Origin: Paraspadella gotoi
Lineage: Eukaryota; Animalia; Chaetognatha
Length of the DNA stretch: 64,000 bases
Direction of reading: 5' to 3'
NCBI GenBank assembly: GCA_051294375.1
Contig: CM119271.1
Coordinates: 2,945,061 to 3,009,060, forward strand
Positions within the stretch are counted from its first letter, which is position 1, and each line of letters begins with the position of its first letter. The position numbers and the translations under genes are program-made. Below, piece after piece: positions 1 to 14,354 of this stretch. A model generated the notes under the pieces. It did no database searches and was not told where the DNA came from. It worked only from the letters and a program-made list of their open reading frames with translations.

Positions 1-157
1 TTTTTTTTTTTTTGCATGGGAATTTTTTCCCCCAGTTTGTCTTCTTTCTCCTTGACAAGTAAAAAACCAGAGGGTTTGCTTGTTCATTCTGTCTTTCCAT
101 CTCATGTTTCGATTCCAGGACTAATTGAATGTCGTTAACATGGACAGCAACATCAAA

Positions 158-190
<33 letters not shown>

Positions 191-957
191 NNNNNNNNNN
201 NNNNNNNNNNNNNNNNNNNNNNNNNNNNNNNNNNNNNNNNNNNNNNNNNNNNNNNNNNNNNNNNNNNNNNNNNNNNNNNNNNNNNNNNNNNNNNNNNNNN
301 NNNNNNNNNNNNNNNNNNNNNNNNNNNNNNNNNNNNNNNNNNNNNNNNNNNNNNNNNNNNNNNNNNNNNNNNNNNNNNNNNNNNNNNNNNNNNNNNNNNN
401 NNNNNNNNNNNNNNNNNNNNNNNNNNNNNNNNNNNNNNNNNNNNNNNNNNNNNNNNNNNNNNNNNNNNNNNNNNNNNNNNNNNNNNNNNNNNNNNNNNNN
501 NNNNNNNNNNNTCGTCTTTGCGGTAAAGCTATCGCATGAAAGCCAAAAAGAAAAAATACTCGCGCAGATTTGTTGTCAATTTTTTTTCGGATGGTGGATT
601 TTAACTGGAAGAAAAACTCGATGCAAGATCTCTCCAACTTATATTTCTGCAAAACGCGTAATCGTATTTTATTGTACATCTTTTCAAATTACATTTCTTA
701 CTGTTTGACTTTTTTCTACTATCTCCCTCTCATTTTAACTGTTTCTGGCTGTCACTCATGGTCTCTATGTCTGGTTGTCTGTCCCGCTGCTGTCTATCTC
801 CCTCTCCCTCTCTTTCTCTCTCTCTCTCTCTCTGAATTGGATCAAGGACCGAACACAAATCTTTCGCGCCTTCATTAAATCTCGCGTCATGGTTTCGTTT
901 TCTTTTTTCTTTCCTTTTTCTTTCTCTCGTTCTCTGTCTCTCAGAGGTCTTTTAAAG

Positions 958-1086
<129 letters not shown>

Positions 1087-2476
1087 GGCCGTCAATCAAT
1101 CGAAAGCCGCGACTCGGAGAGTAATCAGTTTCTGGAACCTACAATCTTTTTCGTCGTCGTCTTGGTCGTCGTCGTCGTCGTCTTCGTCCCCGCCGTCGTC
1201 ATGGCGACACTACTACTTTTCCTCGACTTAAAAAAAAAAACAAATTTCCGAGCGACTTTTTTTTTGTCGCTTTTCTTTATCTCGTTTTGAGTCCGTAAAG
1301 TAAAACGTTAATCCGAAACGAATGAAGTCATAATAAAATCAAATCGTTATAAGAAATAAAGTCAAAAGTTGAAATTTTTATTCTTTTATTAAAGAATAAA
1401 AATTTCAACTTTTGTTCAAACGACAATCATGAATTTTATCGAAAAAACGCCGTCGTCGTCGTCGTCGTCTGAAGATTCCGTACTATTTTTNNNNNNNNNN
1501 NNNNNNNNNNNNNNNNNNNNNNNNNNNNNNNNNNNNNNNNNNNNNNNNNNNNNNNNNNNNNNNNNNNNNNNNNNNNNNNNNNNNNNNNNNNNNNNNNNNN
1601 NNNNNNNNNNNNNNNNNNNNNNNNNNNNNNNNNNNNNNNNNNNNNNNNNNNNNNNNNNNNNNNNNNNNNNNNNNNNNNNNNNNNNNNNNNNNNNNNNNNN
1701 NNNNNNNNNNNNNNNNNNNNNNNNNNNNNNNNNNNNNNNNNNNNNNNNNNNNNNNNNNNNNNNNNNNNNNNNNNNNNNNNNNNNNNNNNNNNNNNNNNNN
1801 NNNNNNNNNNNNNNNNNNNNNNNNNNNNNNNNNNNNNNNNNNNNNNNNNNNNNNNNNNNNNNNNNNNNNNNNNNNNNNNNNNNNNNNNNNNNNNNNNNNN
1901 NNNNNNNNNNNNNNNNNNNNNNNNNNNNNNNNNNNNNNNNNNNNNNNNNNNNNNNNNNNNNNNNNNNNNNNNNNNNNNNNNNNNNNNNNNNNNNNNNNNN
2001 NNNNNNNNNNNNNNNNNNNNNNNNNNNNNNNNNNNNNNNNNNNNNNNNNNNNNNNNNNNNNNNNNNNNNNNNNNNNNNNNNNNNNNNNNNNNNNNNNNNN
2101 NNNNNNNNNNNNNNNNNNNNNNNNNNNNNNNNNNNNNNNNNNNNNNNNNNNNNNNNNNNNNNNNNNNNNNNNNNNNNNNNNNNNNNNNNNNNNNNNNNNN
2201 NNNNNNNNNNNNNNNNNNNNNNNNNNNNNNNNNNNNNNNNNNNNNNNNNNNNNNNNNNNNNNNNNNNNNNNNNNNNNNNNNNNNNNNNNNNNNNNNNNNN
2301 NNNNNNNNNNNNNNNNNNNNNNNNNNNNNNNNNNNNNNNNNNNNNNNNNNNNNNNNNNNNNNNNNNNNNNNNNNNNNNNNNNNNNNNNNNNNNNNNNNNN
2401 NNNNNNNNNNNNNNNNNNNNNNNNNNNNNNNNNNNNNNNNNNNNNNNNNNNNNNNNNNNNTCTCCTCCGCCCGCAG

Positions 2477-5400
2477 CAGACCCGGATCCGGCGGCAGCTC
2501 CAGCGCAGGCGGGGGCAGCGTCAGCGGCGGGGGCTGCGGTAGCTGCTGGAGTTTTCAACGAGAAGCGATGAAGTCGCTTGAGACGATCAAGAGTCTGACC
2601 GAGGATCGCGAGATGCTGGAGGAGCGGCTGATGCGGCTGGAGAAGGAGATCGGGGCTGCGACGGGGAAGGGCGGCGGCGGCGGCGGCGGCGGCGGCGGAT
2701 TGGGCGGGACTCCAAAACGGAAGAACGAGGGAGGGATCGGGAAGAACGGGACGGGATTGAGGAGAACGAACGATGGGCGCGGCGAGAAAAAAGGAAAGGG
2801 GAAGAACGGAAAGAACGGGAAGAACGGGCGAGGGATAATAACGAACGGGCAGACGGGGTCGGGGCCGCAGGGATCGATGACCTTCGGACGATCGAACGAT
2901 CCCATCTTGGGTCTGAACGGAAAAGGTCCGCCAAGGATCGGGCCGGAACTCGAAAAGACCAACTCCTCCGATCCCGTTCGGTTCTCCCCAGATCCGGACG
3001 ATTGCCAACCGGAAGTGGGCGCGGTCGAGGCGGATGTGGCGTCGAAACCGGATCCGGATAAACGCGAATCGGAAGCCGGAAATGGCATGGCGGAGGAAGA
3101 GTCGCCGCTGAACGAACAGATTCAATATTTACAGGTGAAAAAAAAATAATGTACGAAATTCTTAATTTAATTTTGTTGATTTTTTAGACAGCTGACGTCC
3201 AATTCCTTATAATAGGCTGATATTTTCTAACAGTTTTTTTTTTTTTTTTTTCAAATCAAAATGTACCCGGCTGAGTTGGATGAGTTTAACATTCGGCAAG
3301 GTTTTTTTTTATTAACAACAAAAACGATATTAACACAATTGTTAAATATAAAAACAGTAACGGTATCATTAAAAACGTAAAAAGGCTGGAACTGTATTAT
3401 CTGAATTATATATAGACTGAGACTGAAAAAACTCTAAGAACTGCAACATGCAAATTAGATTTTCAAATTTATTCGCCTTCTCTTCGAAGGAAATCTTCGA
3501 CGAGGAGCGCTCAAATCACTCGCGGACCCTCGAGCGCCTCGACGCCTCCGAAGCGCGCCGTCGTGACGAGAGGATGCATCACCTCCGAGACGCAGCCTCC
3601 ATCAGAGAGCTGCATAAGGAATCCCTCACACAAATACTAACTCTGGAGGTAAGGGGAAGGGTCAGGGTCTTTTGTAGTGACTTTATGAGTCGCTTTTTTG
3701 GCTCATTTCTGGGGCTCTCTTTTTTTTAACTATTAAGTATTATTTATTTAAAATATAGGTGCTATGTAGAAAAAAGAGCATTTTTACCTCTGTAGAATCC
3801 TATAATCTTCTAACTTTATTTTTTCGCTCTCTCTCCCTCACTCTCTTTCTTTCAAAGAGTAATACAAAAATTAAACTACACTACACTTCCCCGTTTTATT
3901 CCCCATTTTTTATCCCCATTTCTTCCCCGAGGATCGCATCCGCGAACTCGAACTGCAAGGCGCCGAGATGGAATCGAGACGGACAAGCGTCAAAGAGGGC
4001 GCCGCAATTCCGGCGTCCGGCGCTGCGGCGTCGGGAGCAGCGTCCGCGGCGTCCGGTCGACGCGGAGGAAGGAAAAGCGGCGTCGAAGATAAGGCGGACA
4101 GGGTGAGGCTTTTAAAAGGTGGGGGATTGGAGAATGAGGAAAGATTTCGGGCGAATCGTTTAAATGTACAACAACCTAATTCTTTAAGTACATAATATGT
4201 ATTATTAAAACCTATTCGAGCGTCTCGTTCCTGACTAAAGCAGTTATTTTCTGCCTCGGGGCACTTATCGTTTTTGTCGATCTTATTCTTTCCGGAAGGA
4301 AAGAAAAGTTGCTTTTTGCCCAAAAGAATAAGAAACTGCAATTTCGATGAGTTGCGCCGAATAACTATTTCTCATGAATTTCTAAATACTCAGTTTAAAA
4401 AATATAAATGCATGACAAGCGTTTTATTGTTAATATAAAACATTTTGTTAAAATAACAGGTTTTAAAATGATTATATTATATTTATTGACTTTCTCATCG
4501 TTAACCGCATCTTTAGATAGTCTTAAGATTACACAGGTATAAAGCTTTTTCATAAGTTACTTTTAATGATGTATCTTTATAAAATATTACTTAATTTATA
4601 ATGCATTGACTTTTAGGTTATTGCATTGAAAAGATCGACCGACTTAAAAGTACTCGCGTCGCTACTAAAAAAAAAAAAATTCTTTTTTTTTAAATTACTA
4701 GTTTCCGCGATGAGAAAATTGAGCATTTTCCCTCCGAGCGGCCATCGATGACTNNNNNNNNNNNNNNNNNNNNNNNNNNNNNNNNNNNNNNNNNNNNNNN
4801 NNNNNNNNNNNNNNNNNNNNNNNNNNNNNNNNNNNNNNNNNNNNNNNNNNNNNNNNNNNNNNNNNNNNNNNNNNNNNNNNNNNNNNNNNNNNNNNNNNNN
4901 NNNNNNNNNNNNNNNNNNNNNNNNNNNNNNNNNNNNNNNNNNNNNNNNNNNNNNNNNNNNNNNNNNNNNNNNNNNNNNNNNNNNNNNNNNNNNNNNNNNN
5001 NNNNNNNNNCGGGAAATAGTAACGGCCCTTGAAAAAAATATTTATCGTTAAACGTTTACCCAAATTTGGGTTGTGCAATTAGAAATTAGAAATTAGTAGG
5101 ATACTGATAGATTAAGATTATTGACTATTGTTCTTCATTAAGTTAAATTAATAAATAAGAGTTAATAATAAATATAGAGTTTTAACCGACAAACCGAGAT
5201 GGACTGACATAAAAGTCGACGGACTGACCATTAAGACTGATAGACCGACCGACCAAAATACCGACCTTAACATTGCCCTCAAAGTCGATCCATTCCAACC
5301 TTCTGCAACCCCCCCAACCCTCTTCTCCTTAGGACGCTCCTCCGCCGACGACGAAGACTTTCGACGAGATCAAGAGTCGCCTCGACGCCGACGAACTTCT

Positions 5401-6795
5401 CATCCTTCAACTCAGAAACGAGAACGAACAACTTCGCGGGGTGGTGGTGGACAGGGCCACTCAGGTGCGAAAGGATTTGGAAAGAGATGGACAGGGGCCA
5501 CTCAGGGCTGAAGGGTAAAAGGGAAGGTGTAAGACAAGGCCACTAAGGTGTGAAAGGTTTAGAGGGATCGTGGATAGGGCCACTAAGCTAGGGTGGATAT
5601 TCTTGAGAAAAAGAGCAACTTCGGGGGGATGGCGGAGGACAGGGCCACTAGGGTTTGAAGATTTCTGGAGATTTTGTTTAACAGCCTTAATGAGACGAAT
5701 TACTGAAGATAGAAAAAAGGTTTTAATTTTATTACTTGTATCTTCCATCTTCAATAAACTGATTGCATATTGTGTCAATTGAGTCATAAATATTGTTTCC
5801 GTCGCTAAAATGAAGCCAGTATAATTATTGTATTAAATGTATTATTGTATTATTAATGTATTATTAATGTAATATTGTAATATTATTATTATTATTATTA
5901 TTGTATTATTATAATTATTAATGTATTATTGTATTATTGTATAAAATGAAGCAAGTATAATTTGATTGCATTTTGAAACGTCTAGGTGCACCGACTGCTC
6001 GACCNNNNNNNNNNNNNNNNNNNNNNNNNNNNNNNNNNNNNNNNNNNNNNNNNNNNNNNNNNNNNNNNNNNNNNNNNNNNNNNNNNNNNNNNNNNNNNNN
6101 NNNNNNNNNNNNNNNNNNNNNNNNNNNNNNAGAATCGATTGGAAACGGAGAGAATCAACGCCTCAGATCAAATCAATCATCTGGAGCAGAAGTTGAGGGG
6201 GNNNNNNNNNNAAAAAAAACCAAAAAAGATAGGTAAGTATGGTTTGAAGTTACAGAATAACTTAGGTTATAATGGTTAACTTACTTGAAAATAAAATAAA
6301 ATTTTATCAAATCACGACAATATGCAAATGAGATTGAGAGACTATCTATTTCCAATTCGTTCACAAATTATTTTTTTTACAAAAGTTTGATCCCGATTTG
6401 GGAGCAGATAGAAAGAGTTTCGCTCCAACAAAAATATATTGTTTAAACTAATTATAACAATAAACAAATTCCAATCGCCTCATTTACTTCCACCTCCCCT
6501 CCCCCAAGGACAACCTCATCGAGAAGATGGGCGAAGTCAACCGCCTACACGACAACGCCCTTCCGCTCGACGCCGAGTCGGACAAGTTCCGCGCCATCCT
6601 CGACGATACCATCAAAGAACTGGCGCCGCCTGGGTCCGTGGTGGCGCCGCGACTCGAAAACGACGCCCGCGCGCCCCCACGACCCACCAGCGCCTCCAAC
6701 GCCTCGGTCGGCGCCGTTACTGGCGCTGCAACGCCGACCACTTTTGTTTCCGGTTCTCGCGCCAGTTCGGCGAAGACTGGGGACTCGGTGAGTTG

Positions 6796-6854
<59 letters not shown>

Positions 6855-7776
6855 ACGCTTGAAGCTGGGACATTCTCAAAATTTAATAACTGATACCTCA
6901 CTCAATTGAGCAACCCCATATTGTTAGAAATCTCCCTCTATAACTATCTTTATTATTACAAAAATTGTCCATTATTTACAACTATTATATAAATTAGCCA
7001 CATTCCCACAGGTCCTTGAATTCGCGGAGACTCAAGCCTTAAACTCCAAACTGAAGCGGCTCCAGCTGCAGCAGCACCGCATTAAAAGCGGCGGCAGCAG
7101 CGGCAACCCCGGCGTCCCTTACTCCCCGGCCGCCGCAAACTCTCCCAACGCCGGCGCCGCCCCGGCCGCCGCCAACCGCGCCGAACGAGCGACTTCAGCT
7201 CCTGTAGCGGGCAGCTTCCACGGTCGCACTCCACACCAGATGGCCAATCTGCAGGATTTCCTCAAATCTCAAGACTACGCTCACCACAATCGGCCGATGA
7301 CCTCCGTTCCTTACAACTACGAACCAACGCCACTTCCGGATCCCACGTCCGATGACGCCGCCAATCTCGGCGGCGCTCCCTTTCTCGGACCGAGCCACAA
7401 CAACTTCTTTCGAGACGGCGTCGCTTCTCCGGCGCCGGGGGGAGATAAAACGACGCCGGGTTTCGCTCGGACGCCGACGCCGATGTGGGTGGAACCGTGG
7501 GGAGAGCCGGAAACGCGCCGGATGGGCTCGCCCGCGTATCGGGGCGGATCGGCGACGGAGGAAGGGCTGGGGGTGAGGATTTTGGGCTCGCCGCCGCCGC
7601 CGCGGCACGGTAGAGCAGAGAGCGACGCTGGCGGCGCCGCTGCGGAGCGGAGAGATGCCGTGTCGGCGCTGCATGACGCCGTCCATAGAGAGAACATGAG
7701 TCGTGCCAATCCAGCGCCGCCGACGATGGAGGACGACTTCTCGAGAGGATCGACCGGGCCGGTTACTATTTTGGAG
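2477..7776 (+). CDS. Multi-exon coiled-coil / low-complexity protein of unknown family (partial; 5' end in gap, 3' end not found)
   Basis: Exons with AG/GT boundaries that join in phase 0: ~2477-3134, 3490-3648 (EIFDEERSNHSRTLERLDASEARRRDER...), 3932-4102 (DRIRELELQGAEME...), 5333-5464 (...DELLILQLRNENEQLRG...), 5986-~6232 (gapped), 6509-6787, 7012-7776. Heptad-like E/L/R/K segments alternate with G/S/A/P-rich linkers. No family motif recognised. Confidence 0.75.
5450..5665 (+). repeat. Degenerate minisatellite (GGACAGGGCCACTCAGGT-like core, ~5 copies) overlapping an exon 3' end
   Basis: Core recurs at ~5450, 5489, 5532, 5572 and 5637 with 40-65 bp spacing. The first copy contains the splice donor at 5464/5465. 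Confidence 0.65.
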
Positions 7777-7812
7777 GTAGAGTTTCTTTCTTTGTTTATT
7801 CTATTTGTTTAT

Positions 7813-7894
<82 letters not shown>

Positions 7895-8039
7895 GTATAT
7901 ATTATGTATTTTCAGTTTGTTTTAGCGTTTTCCCAATTTCTATATTATTTACAAATGTGAAATGATTGAAAAAACTACATAAAAAAGTAAAATAATAGTA
8001 AAATAATAGTAAAATAAAATAATAGTATGTGTACATTTA

Positions 8040-8898
8040 TGAGGAGCGAGTTGCGCTCCGGCGTCGGAAGTGACGCCGGCGCTGCGCCGCCCACGACGAC
8101 GACGCCGTTTGACAGCGCGCCGCCGCACCAGGGACAGGTCGCCCACGACGCCGCCGCCGCGTTCGTCGAGAGGAGGGGCGGGGCTTTCTTTCTCTGGGTG
8201 AGGTAGCTTGTGTGGGGGAACGAGAGGTTGGGTTGGAAAAGGTCAGGAAATGATTACTTTAGTACAGAACACTTATTTTATTCAATTTTTTAAAATTTAA
8301 TTAAGGGTATTGCAACTGTTTTAAAATTAATTTTTAAACTTTCACCAAAAAGTATCACTCGAATTAACCGATGAATCAGTCGAACAGACCGACCGGCGAT
8401 GAACACCCCCACAAGGGCCCCTCACCCATGCGCGGATGCTGGCGTCGCACGACCACCCTGGCCGAGAATCCGTCAACGCTCCTTGTCGGCGTCCGTAAAA
8501 TTGACGGGCGGTTCCGGCGTGGACCGGATCGAAGATATAATCCCTCTCGTCGTAAGGATTCGCCTGCGCCGCCCACTTGTTCGGAGCCGTGGCCCAAGAG
8601 ATGGCCTGTCCGGTCGGACGGCAGAAGGATGGTCACGCATCGACCGCCGTGCCCATCGAGGCTGCTCCTTCCAGGCGAAATCCCCGCGGCGGGGCGTGTC
8701 TCGCCCCGGAACATTCCGTCCAGACGGTGGTGGTCGCGTTGGGCGCGGAGGATAGTTTTGGCGGGAAACTTGAAGACGGCGACTGGGTGGCCGCCCACGT
8801 TCTGTTGAAAGGAGATGGTCGGAGAGATCCTCGTCCGAATCCGCGGACGTGTTGAAGAGTTTTATGTATTTGCCCTCCCATTGGAACCTTTTTGGTGG

Positions 8899-8936
<38 letters not shown>

Positions 8937-8958
8937 GAGAGAGAGAGAGAGAGAGAGA

Positions 8959-8990
<32 letters not shown>

Positions 8991-9800
8991 GAGAGAGGAG
9001 TGAGTTACTGCGCGGTTTGCCTTGGTTNNNNNNNNNNNNNNNNNNNNNNNNNCCGCCAAAACTATCCTCCGGCCCAACGCGACCACCACCGTCTGGACGG
9101 AATGTTCCGGGGCGCGACACGCCCCGCCGGGGGATTTCGCCTGGAAGGAGCAGCCTCGATGGGGCACGGGGGCGGAATGCGTGACCATCCTCTGCCGTCC
9201 GACCGGACAGGCCATCTCTTGGGCCACGGCTCCGAACAAGTGGGCGGCGCAGGCGAATCCTTACGACGAGAGGGATTATATCTCGATCCGGTCCACGCCG
9301 GAACCGCCCGTCAATTTTACGGACGCCGACAAGGAGCGGTTGACGGGATTCTCGGCCAGGGTGGTCGTGCCGACGCCAGCATCCGCGCATGGGTGAGGGG
9401 CCCTGTGGGGGTGTTCATCGCTCGGTCGGTCTGTTCGACTGATCATCGGTTAATCGAGTGATACTTTTTGGTGAAAGTTTAAAAATTAATTTTAAAACAG
9501 TTGCAATACCCTTAATTAAATTTAAAAAATTGAATAAAATAAGTGTCTGTTACTAAAGATAATCATTTCCTGACCTTTTTCCAACCCAACNNNNNNNNNN
9601 NNNNNNNNNNNNNNNTCCACCTCTCTCCCCCACACAAGCTATCCTCACCGAGAAAAGGAAGCCCCGCCCCTCCTCTCGACAGAACGCGGCGCGGCGCCGT
9701 CGTCGGGCGCGTGGGCGGCGCGCTGGTCAAACGGCGTCGTGTCGTGGTGCGACGCAGCGCCGGCGTCACTTCCGACGCGGAGGCGCAACTCGCTTCCTCA
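8040..9800. repeat. ~730 bp inverted repeat (arms ~8040-8764 and ~9053-9800) around a 25-N gap
   Basis: 8280-8390 (ttaagggtattgcaactg...cgaacagacc) is the reverse complement of 9428-9535, and the GC-rich parts also match with many 1-bp indels. Both arms give the same peptide fragments in the ORF track on opposite strands. Confidence 0.9.
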
Positions 9801-10298
9801 TCTTCCTTCGTCTTTCTCCTCCATCCCAGTCTGCCGCGACGGAGACCAATCCTCACGCCCAAGGGCGCACGTCCCTAACGCCCCAACGCCCACGGGCGGC
9901 GCCCCTGGCGGGACGACGGGCTGTCGGAGCCCTCTCGCGCGGCCCATTCTCAGCGCAAGTCGGCCGGGTCGAAGGCGCGTCCGGGGCGCCTGGGCGTCGA
10001 CCAACTTCGTTGAGCGGCCTATCGAGTCTATTTTTGGGGAACAAACACCTACAATTACTCATTCGAATAACGAGAAAGAAAAAAAAACATAAAAGACACA
10101 TTGAATTTCTCTTTCTTTGCTATATTTTTTGCTCGAGGTTTTCTACATTTGTGTTCAGATTTATTTATTTATTTAAATTCAATTGACAATTTTGCTTAAT
10201 TTTTTAGTTATTTACACTTTTGTTCCGGATAACGTTCTTTAAGTACCCAGAGCTCTCCTTCTCCGTCGTGGTCTCGTCCTTCTCTCTCTCTCTCTCTC

Positions 10299-10329
<31 letters not shown>

Positions 10330-10390
10330 GTCTTTCACTCACTTCTTCCTCATCCTTAATTCCGATCTCACATAAGTCTACTGAAGCCAC
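9053..10390 (-). CDS. Unknown multi-exon gene, error-rich copy (first exon MASVDLCE..EEE; cleaner copy of exons 1-2 at ~15022-14380; last exon also present inverted at ~8387-8855)
   Basis: Short first exon ends at a GTGAGT donor, followed by GC-rich exons at ~10010-9648 and ~9432-9053 that are broken by single-base indels. No recognisable domain. Confidence 0.4.
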
Positions 10391-13044
10391 TGTTCGTGAT
10401 ACTAATAGAAAATTTTTTTACACTTTGCTTATTGTTTGTAACAAGAATATATAATTTTGAAATACAACAATGCGAAAAAAAAAAATCTTAATTAATTTTT
10501 TCTTTGGTTGAATAATCAAAAATTAATAACCAGTCAGACCACGAAACGATGAAAGGAAAGTTAGAAAATGAAATAGAAACTAATAAATTTAAAAGACAAC
10601 TCGCGAAAAAGAATACTCAAAAGAAATCGTGATTGACTCGTAAAAGCGATGAAAGAAGAAAATCGAAGATCACACAGTCCAGGCAGAGCGTCACGCACCC
10701 ACAAACAACATGGCGCCTCACGACGAATTTTTTTTTTCTTTTTCTGATTTTCGACGGAAACGAATTCGTGACGGAAGAATCGAAAATTGAAAAAAAACGA
10801 AAATCGATTCGAGTTTTCTTGGTTCTTGAGATTTCGCAGACACGCGTCGATATAGACTGACAGACGGACAGAAAGAACGTCTTAAAAGCCGTCATAAAAA
10901 GTCATAAAAAGTCAGAGACAGACCGACTTACGAGAAGATAGATCAGAAGCAGTCGCCGTCGCATCGGCGAAGCGAAAAATGAATTCGCCTTTTCATCGCG
11001 AAAAAAACATATATAAAAAAGTTTTCTTCCTTTTTATCGGAAAATATTTGCAAGCGTGAAAAACTGAATTGAAGGCAAAGAGAAAAAAAAGTATGGTGTT
11101 GGAATGGTAATCTTTTTTATGTTCCTACATTGTATAACCTTTCCTTTTGAAAACTTAATATTCACCCTCTCACGACCCCGACCCCAATGTCAATACAAAT
11201 CTCCCGCGGAGTACAAACTGGTCTACACAGTACACACGGATTTCCGTGTGAAGCTAAAATAAAAGAATGAATGAGCCCACGTCATGGCAACATGGGGACA
11301 GATGTGATGCCCGTGGTGTGAGCAATCTCCGTTTTAGCTTAATAATGATGGAGTCTACTTGAATCGCCGCCAAAGATGATTATTAAATTCACTTCAGAGA
11401 ATATTATTTGAGTTTGAATATCATATTTTCCTGAGATTAAAAACTCGTATATTATGAACTATTGCCTAAGTCAGAAGCGTTAAAGCTTTTACCAAGCAAG
11501 ATATGTCAAAAGCAGAGCGCTCAAGAAGCAGAGAAAAAAATTGTTTAAAAAAACAGAAAAAGGGTAATACGGAGGACGAAATTATTATCTCTCTCTCATC
11601 TCATCCTCATCTCTACTCATCCTCTCTCTCTCTCTCTTCCGTAGTTTCTTTCTTCTCGCTCTCTCTGCTATTTCCACAGACGGAGTCTCCTTTGTCAACA
11701 ATAAACGGTAATATTTTTGGTGGAGATATATTTTCTATTCACCCGGTTTTTCACGTGAATATAACTGTCTGAGTTCACACACCACGGTATATCTTGTTAT
11801 TTTTAATGTCGTTCGTCCATGTCATTGATTGAAATGTTACAACAACTATGTACAGACTAGTTGTTTGCTTAGTTACTCAGTCCACTTGTCAGGAAATTTA
11901 AAAAACAAAATGATATGAGAGAAAACACATTTGATATTTGTCTATGATAAATATCACTTAGTGTATGGTTTCCTTTGGTATTCCTATTTGTTTTTATGTT
12001 ATTGTTAGTTGTTGGTTGATTTATTGTCGGATCAAGACGAACAGCCTAACGAGATTGCAAATTACTTTTGATTTGAACAATCGGGAGACTCGTAGTTGGG
12101 ATCTATAGTCGATCGTTGATCGCGTATCAGAGGTTTTAGTTCGTACGTTGCATCGTCGTCCTCATCCTATCGATGGTTCACCCGGCAGCGCCAAGACCTC
12201 GGCGAGCGATGAAAGAAGACCAGCGAAACGCAGAACGTTATGTGCTTTGACGGTGACGACGCTGACAAGACGACGGAGACGACCGACGCATGGGACGACT
12301 GAAGACATCAGCTCAACCGGAAATACGATAACCGAATCAACGCCCGAGTGAAAAAAAATTGAAAAAGGGAAAAAAATTAAATTTTAGAAGAGTTAGATTT
12401 ATTCTTCTTTTTTAAATTTATCTAATTCCTTTTCAAGTGTGGTGTTGTTTAATAATTAGAGCAAATTGCGAAAATCTCTGAAGTCGTGACCCCTTTCAAG
12501 ACTGGAAAGCAAATAAAGAAAAGAGCTTTTTCTTTTTTTCAATTTCTGAAATACAGTGCCTGACTGATGAGTAATATTTCCATTTTTAAAGTTTTCGTCA
12601 TAACTACTAAGACGATTTTTATTCTATTCAACCAGAACGTATTATCATCGTACCGCTGTATGTAACTTTTCTCAAGTTTAAAATCTGCTCTGAGTCTTCG
12701 AAATTTAAAAAAACATTGTTTAAATTTCATATTCTTTTTAATTGCTATCAAAAAAAAACTTTAACAAGCTAATCAAAAAACGCATAAAGAGTCAAGTGTT
12801 ACAAATCCTTTTGAGAAATTGGAGATAATGCACTGTTGCGGATAAGTATCCAGAAAAAAATGATTATTTTTAAAGGCCTACTGAGAGATATAGTTGAAAA
12901 AAAAATTAAATATAAATGTTCTTGAAGAGAAGGAGAAGAAAAAAAATAATTTCTTAAGGCACTGATTCTTAAGGGCTGATAATATAAACAAACAAGAAAA
13001 AACGTATTGCATCAAACATACAATTACCATCCAACTACAATTCA

Positions 13045-14354
13045 GTTTAAAAAAGAATACAACTCGGAGAATCGAAAGGTAAACATCAAACGCAGGACGC
13101 ACGAGCTGCCATACAGTCTGCACTGAGTCGTCGTAACGTCGTCGCCGCTTTCATCGTCGTCTCCGCGTCGTAAACTCGTCGTCGTCTCTATCGACGTCGC
13201 GTCGGCGCCTCGATCGATCGATTCGACGCCGGCTTCGTCGCTCGGCGTCGATCTTCCTGTTCGCCACTCTCGGTTTGGCCGACACGCTCCGCTGTCGAAT
13301 CGCGTCGCGACGTTGCCCTCGGCCGTGATGCGCTTTCGCCGCCGACGACGCCGCTCGATCCGGAGCAGCGCCGAGATGCGTGTTTGCAGCGGCCAAACTG
13401 GATCCTATCGTGCGGGGCGAGACGACGCTTCTGCGTCGTAGTAACGCCGGGTTTGTCTCTCTCGCTTCGCAACCGATGCCCCAACTGAGACGCCGACTAG
13501 TGTGACGCGGCCGGTAGGCGCGTCGGCGTCACTATGGGGCCGCCGAATCGCCTTGGAACCTTTGGAGACGATGGAAGAAGAAATAAGTAGATTTTAAGTG
13601 TTACAATAAAAACGCGTTTGTTGAAGAAACCCTTCGCCATTCCATTCACTATCAGTGTTATCTGATCACAGACTTTATTGCATTCCGCATTTACTTTTTG
13701 TTTTTAAGTATATTACTAATGGTGTTATTAATAAGAACTAAATTAAATTTAAGATTAACAGCCAATTCTTCAAAGATTATTACTAATCAATTTCAATGAT
13801 AAACGGCCAGCACTGAATTGTACAATTTTAATCATCAAATAACTCATCCCATGACAACTTCCATCACGATCTCACCTTCAAATTCCTTCCAACAACACGG
13901 TCTCCGCGCAGATAGATAAAATGTCTGTTCGTGTAAAGTCGCGTACCCACAAGACTTCGGCACACCCCCGCTTCTCCACGATCGGTTTCCACACTCCCTG
14001 CCAGGCAGATACGGGAGAGTTCCCGTTGTAGTCCCACAGACCGAATCCCGTCAAGAGAGCCATCGTGCCCGGCCTGGGCGGCGCGCCGGCTCGTGCCAGG
14101 CACGCCGGCTGCAAGAACTCGTTGAGGTCCCAAGGTTCGTCGAGAGTGGGACGGCCGCGTCGTGGGCTGTCAGCCTCCAGCAGCGCCGTCAGGCAACCGC
14201 GCCCATTGATGCCGCAGTAGCATAGGGTGAGTTTGAAATCTGGCGCGATGGGAGCGAGTTTGCGTTCTGGTGCAGTCGCTGGAGAAGGCGGACTCCTAGA
14301 GTTTGACCACGAGGGCCGGCGTGGGTTTTGTCGTGTAGCGAGACCGTGGCCTTC
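13045..14354 (-). pseudogene. Frameshifted duplicate of the last two serine-protease exons (pseudogene or low-quality read copy)
   Basis: Residual LQPACLAR...[10 protein letters not shown]...QGVWKPIVE peptide and a GDSGGP-encoding region near 13530-13560, with many indels relative to 17511-18726. Confidence 0.6.

Noticed and set aside
8371-8855. Degenerate protease or spaetzle-like domain in the inverted-repeat exon
   Set aside because: Only vague resemblance (LTGG, scattered Cys), frames are unreliable because of indels, and there is no catalytic or cystine-knot pattern.
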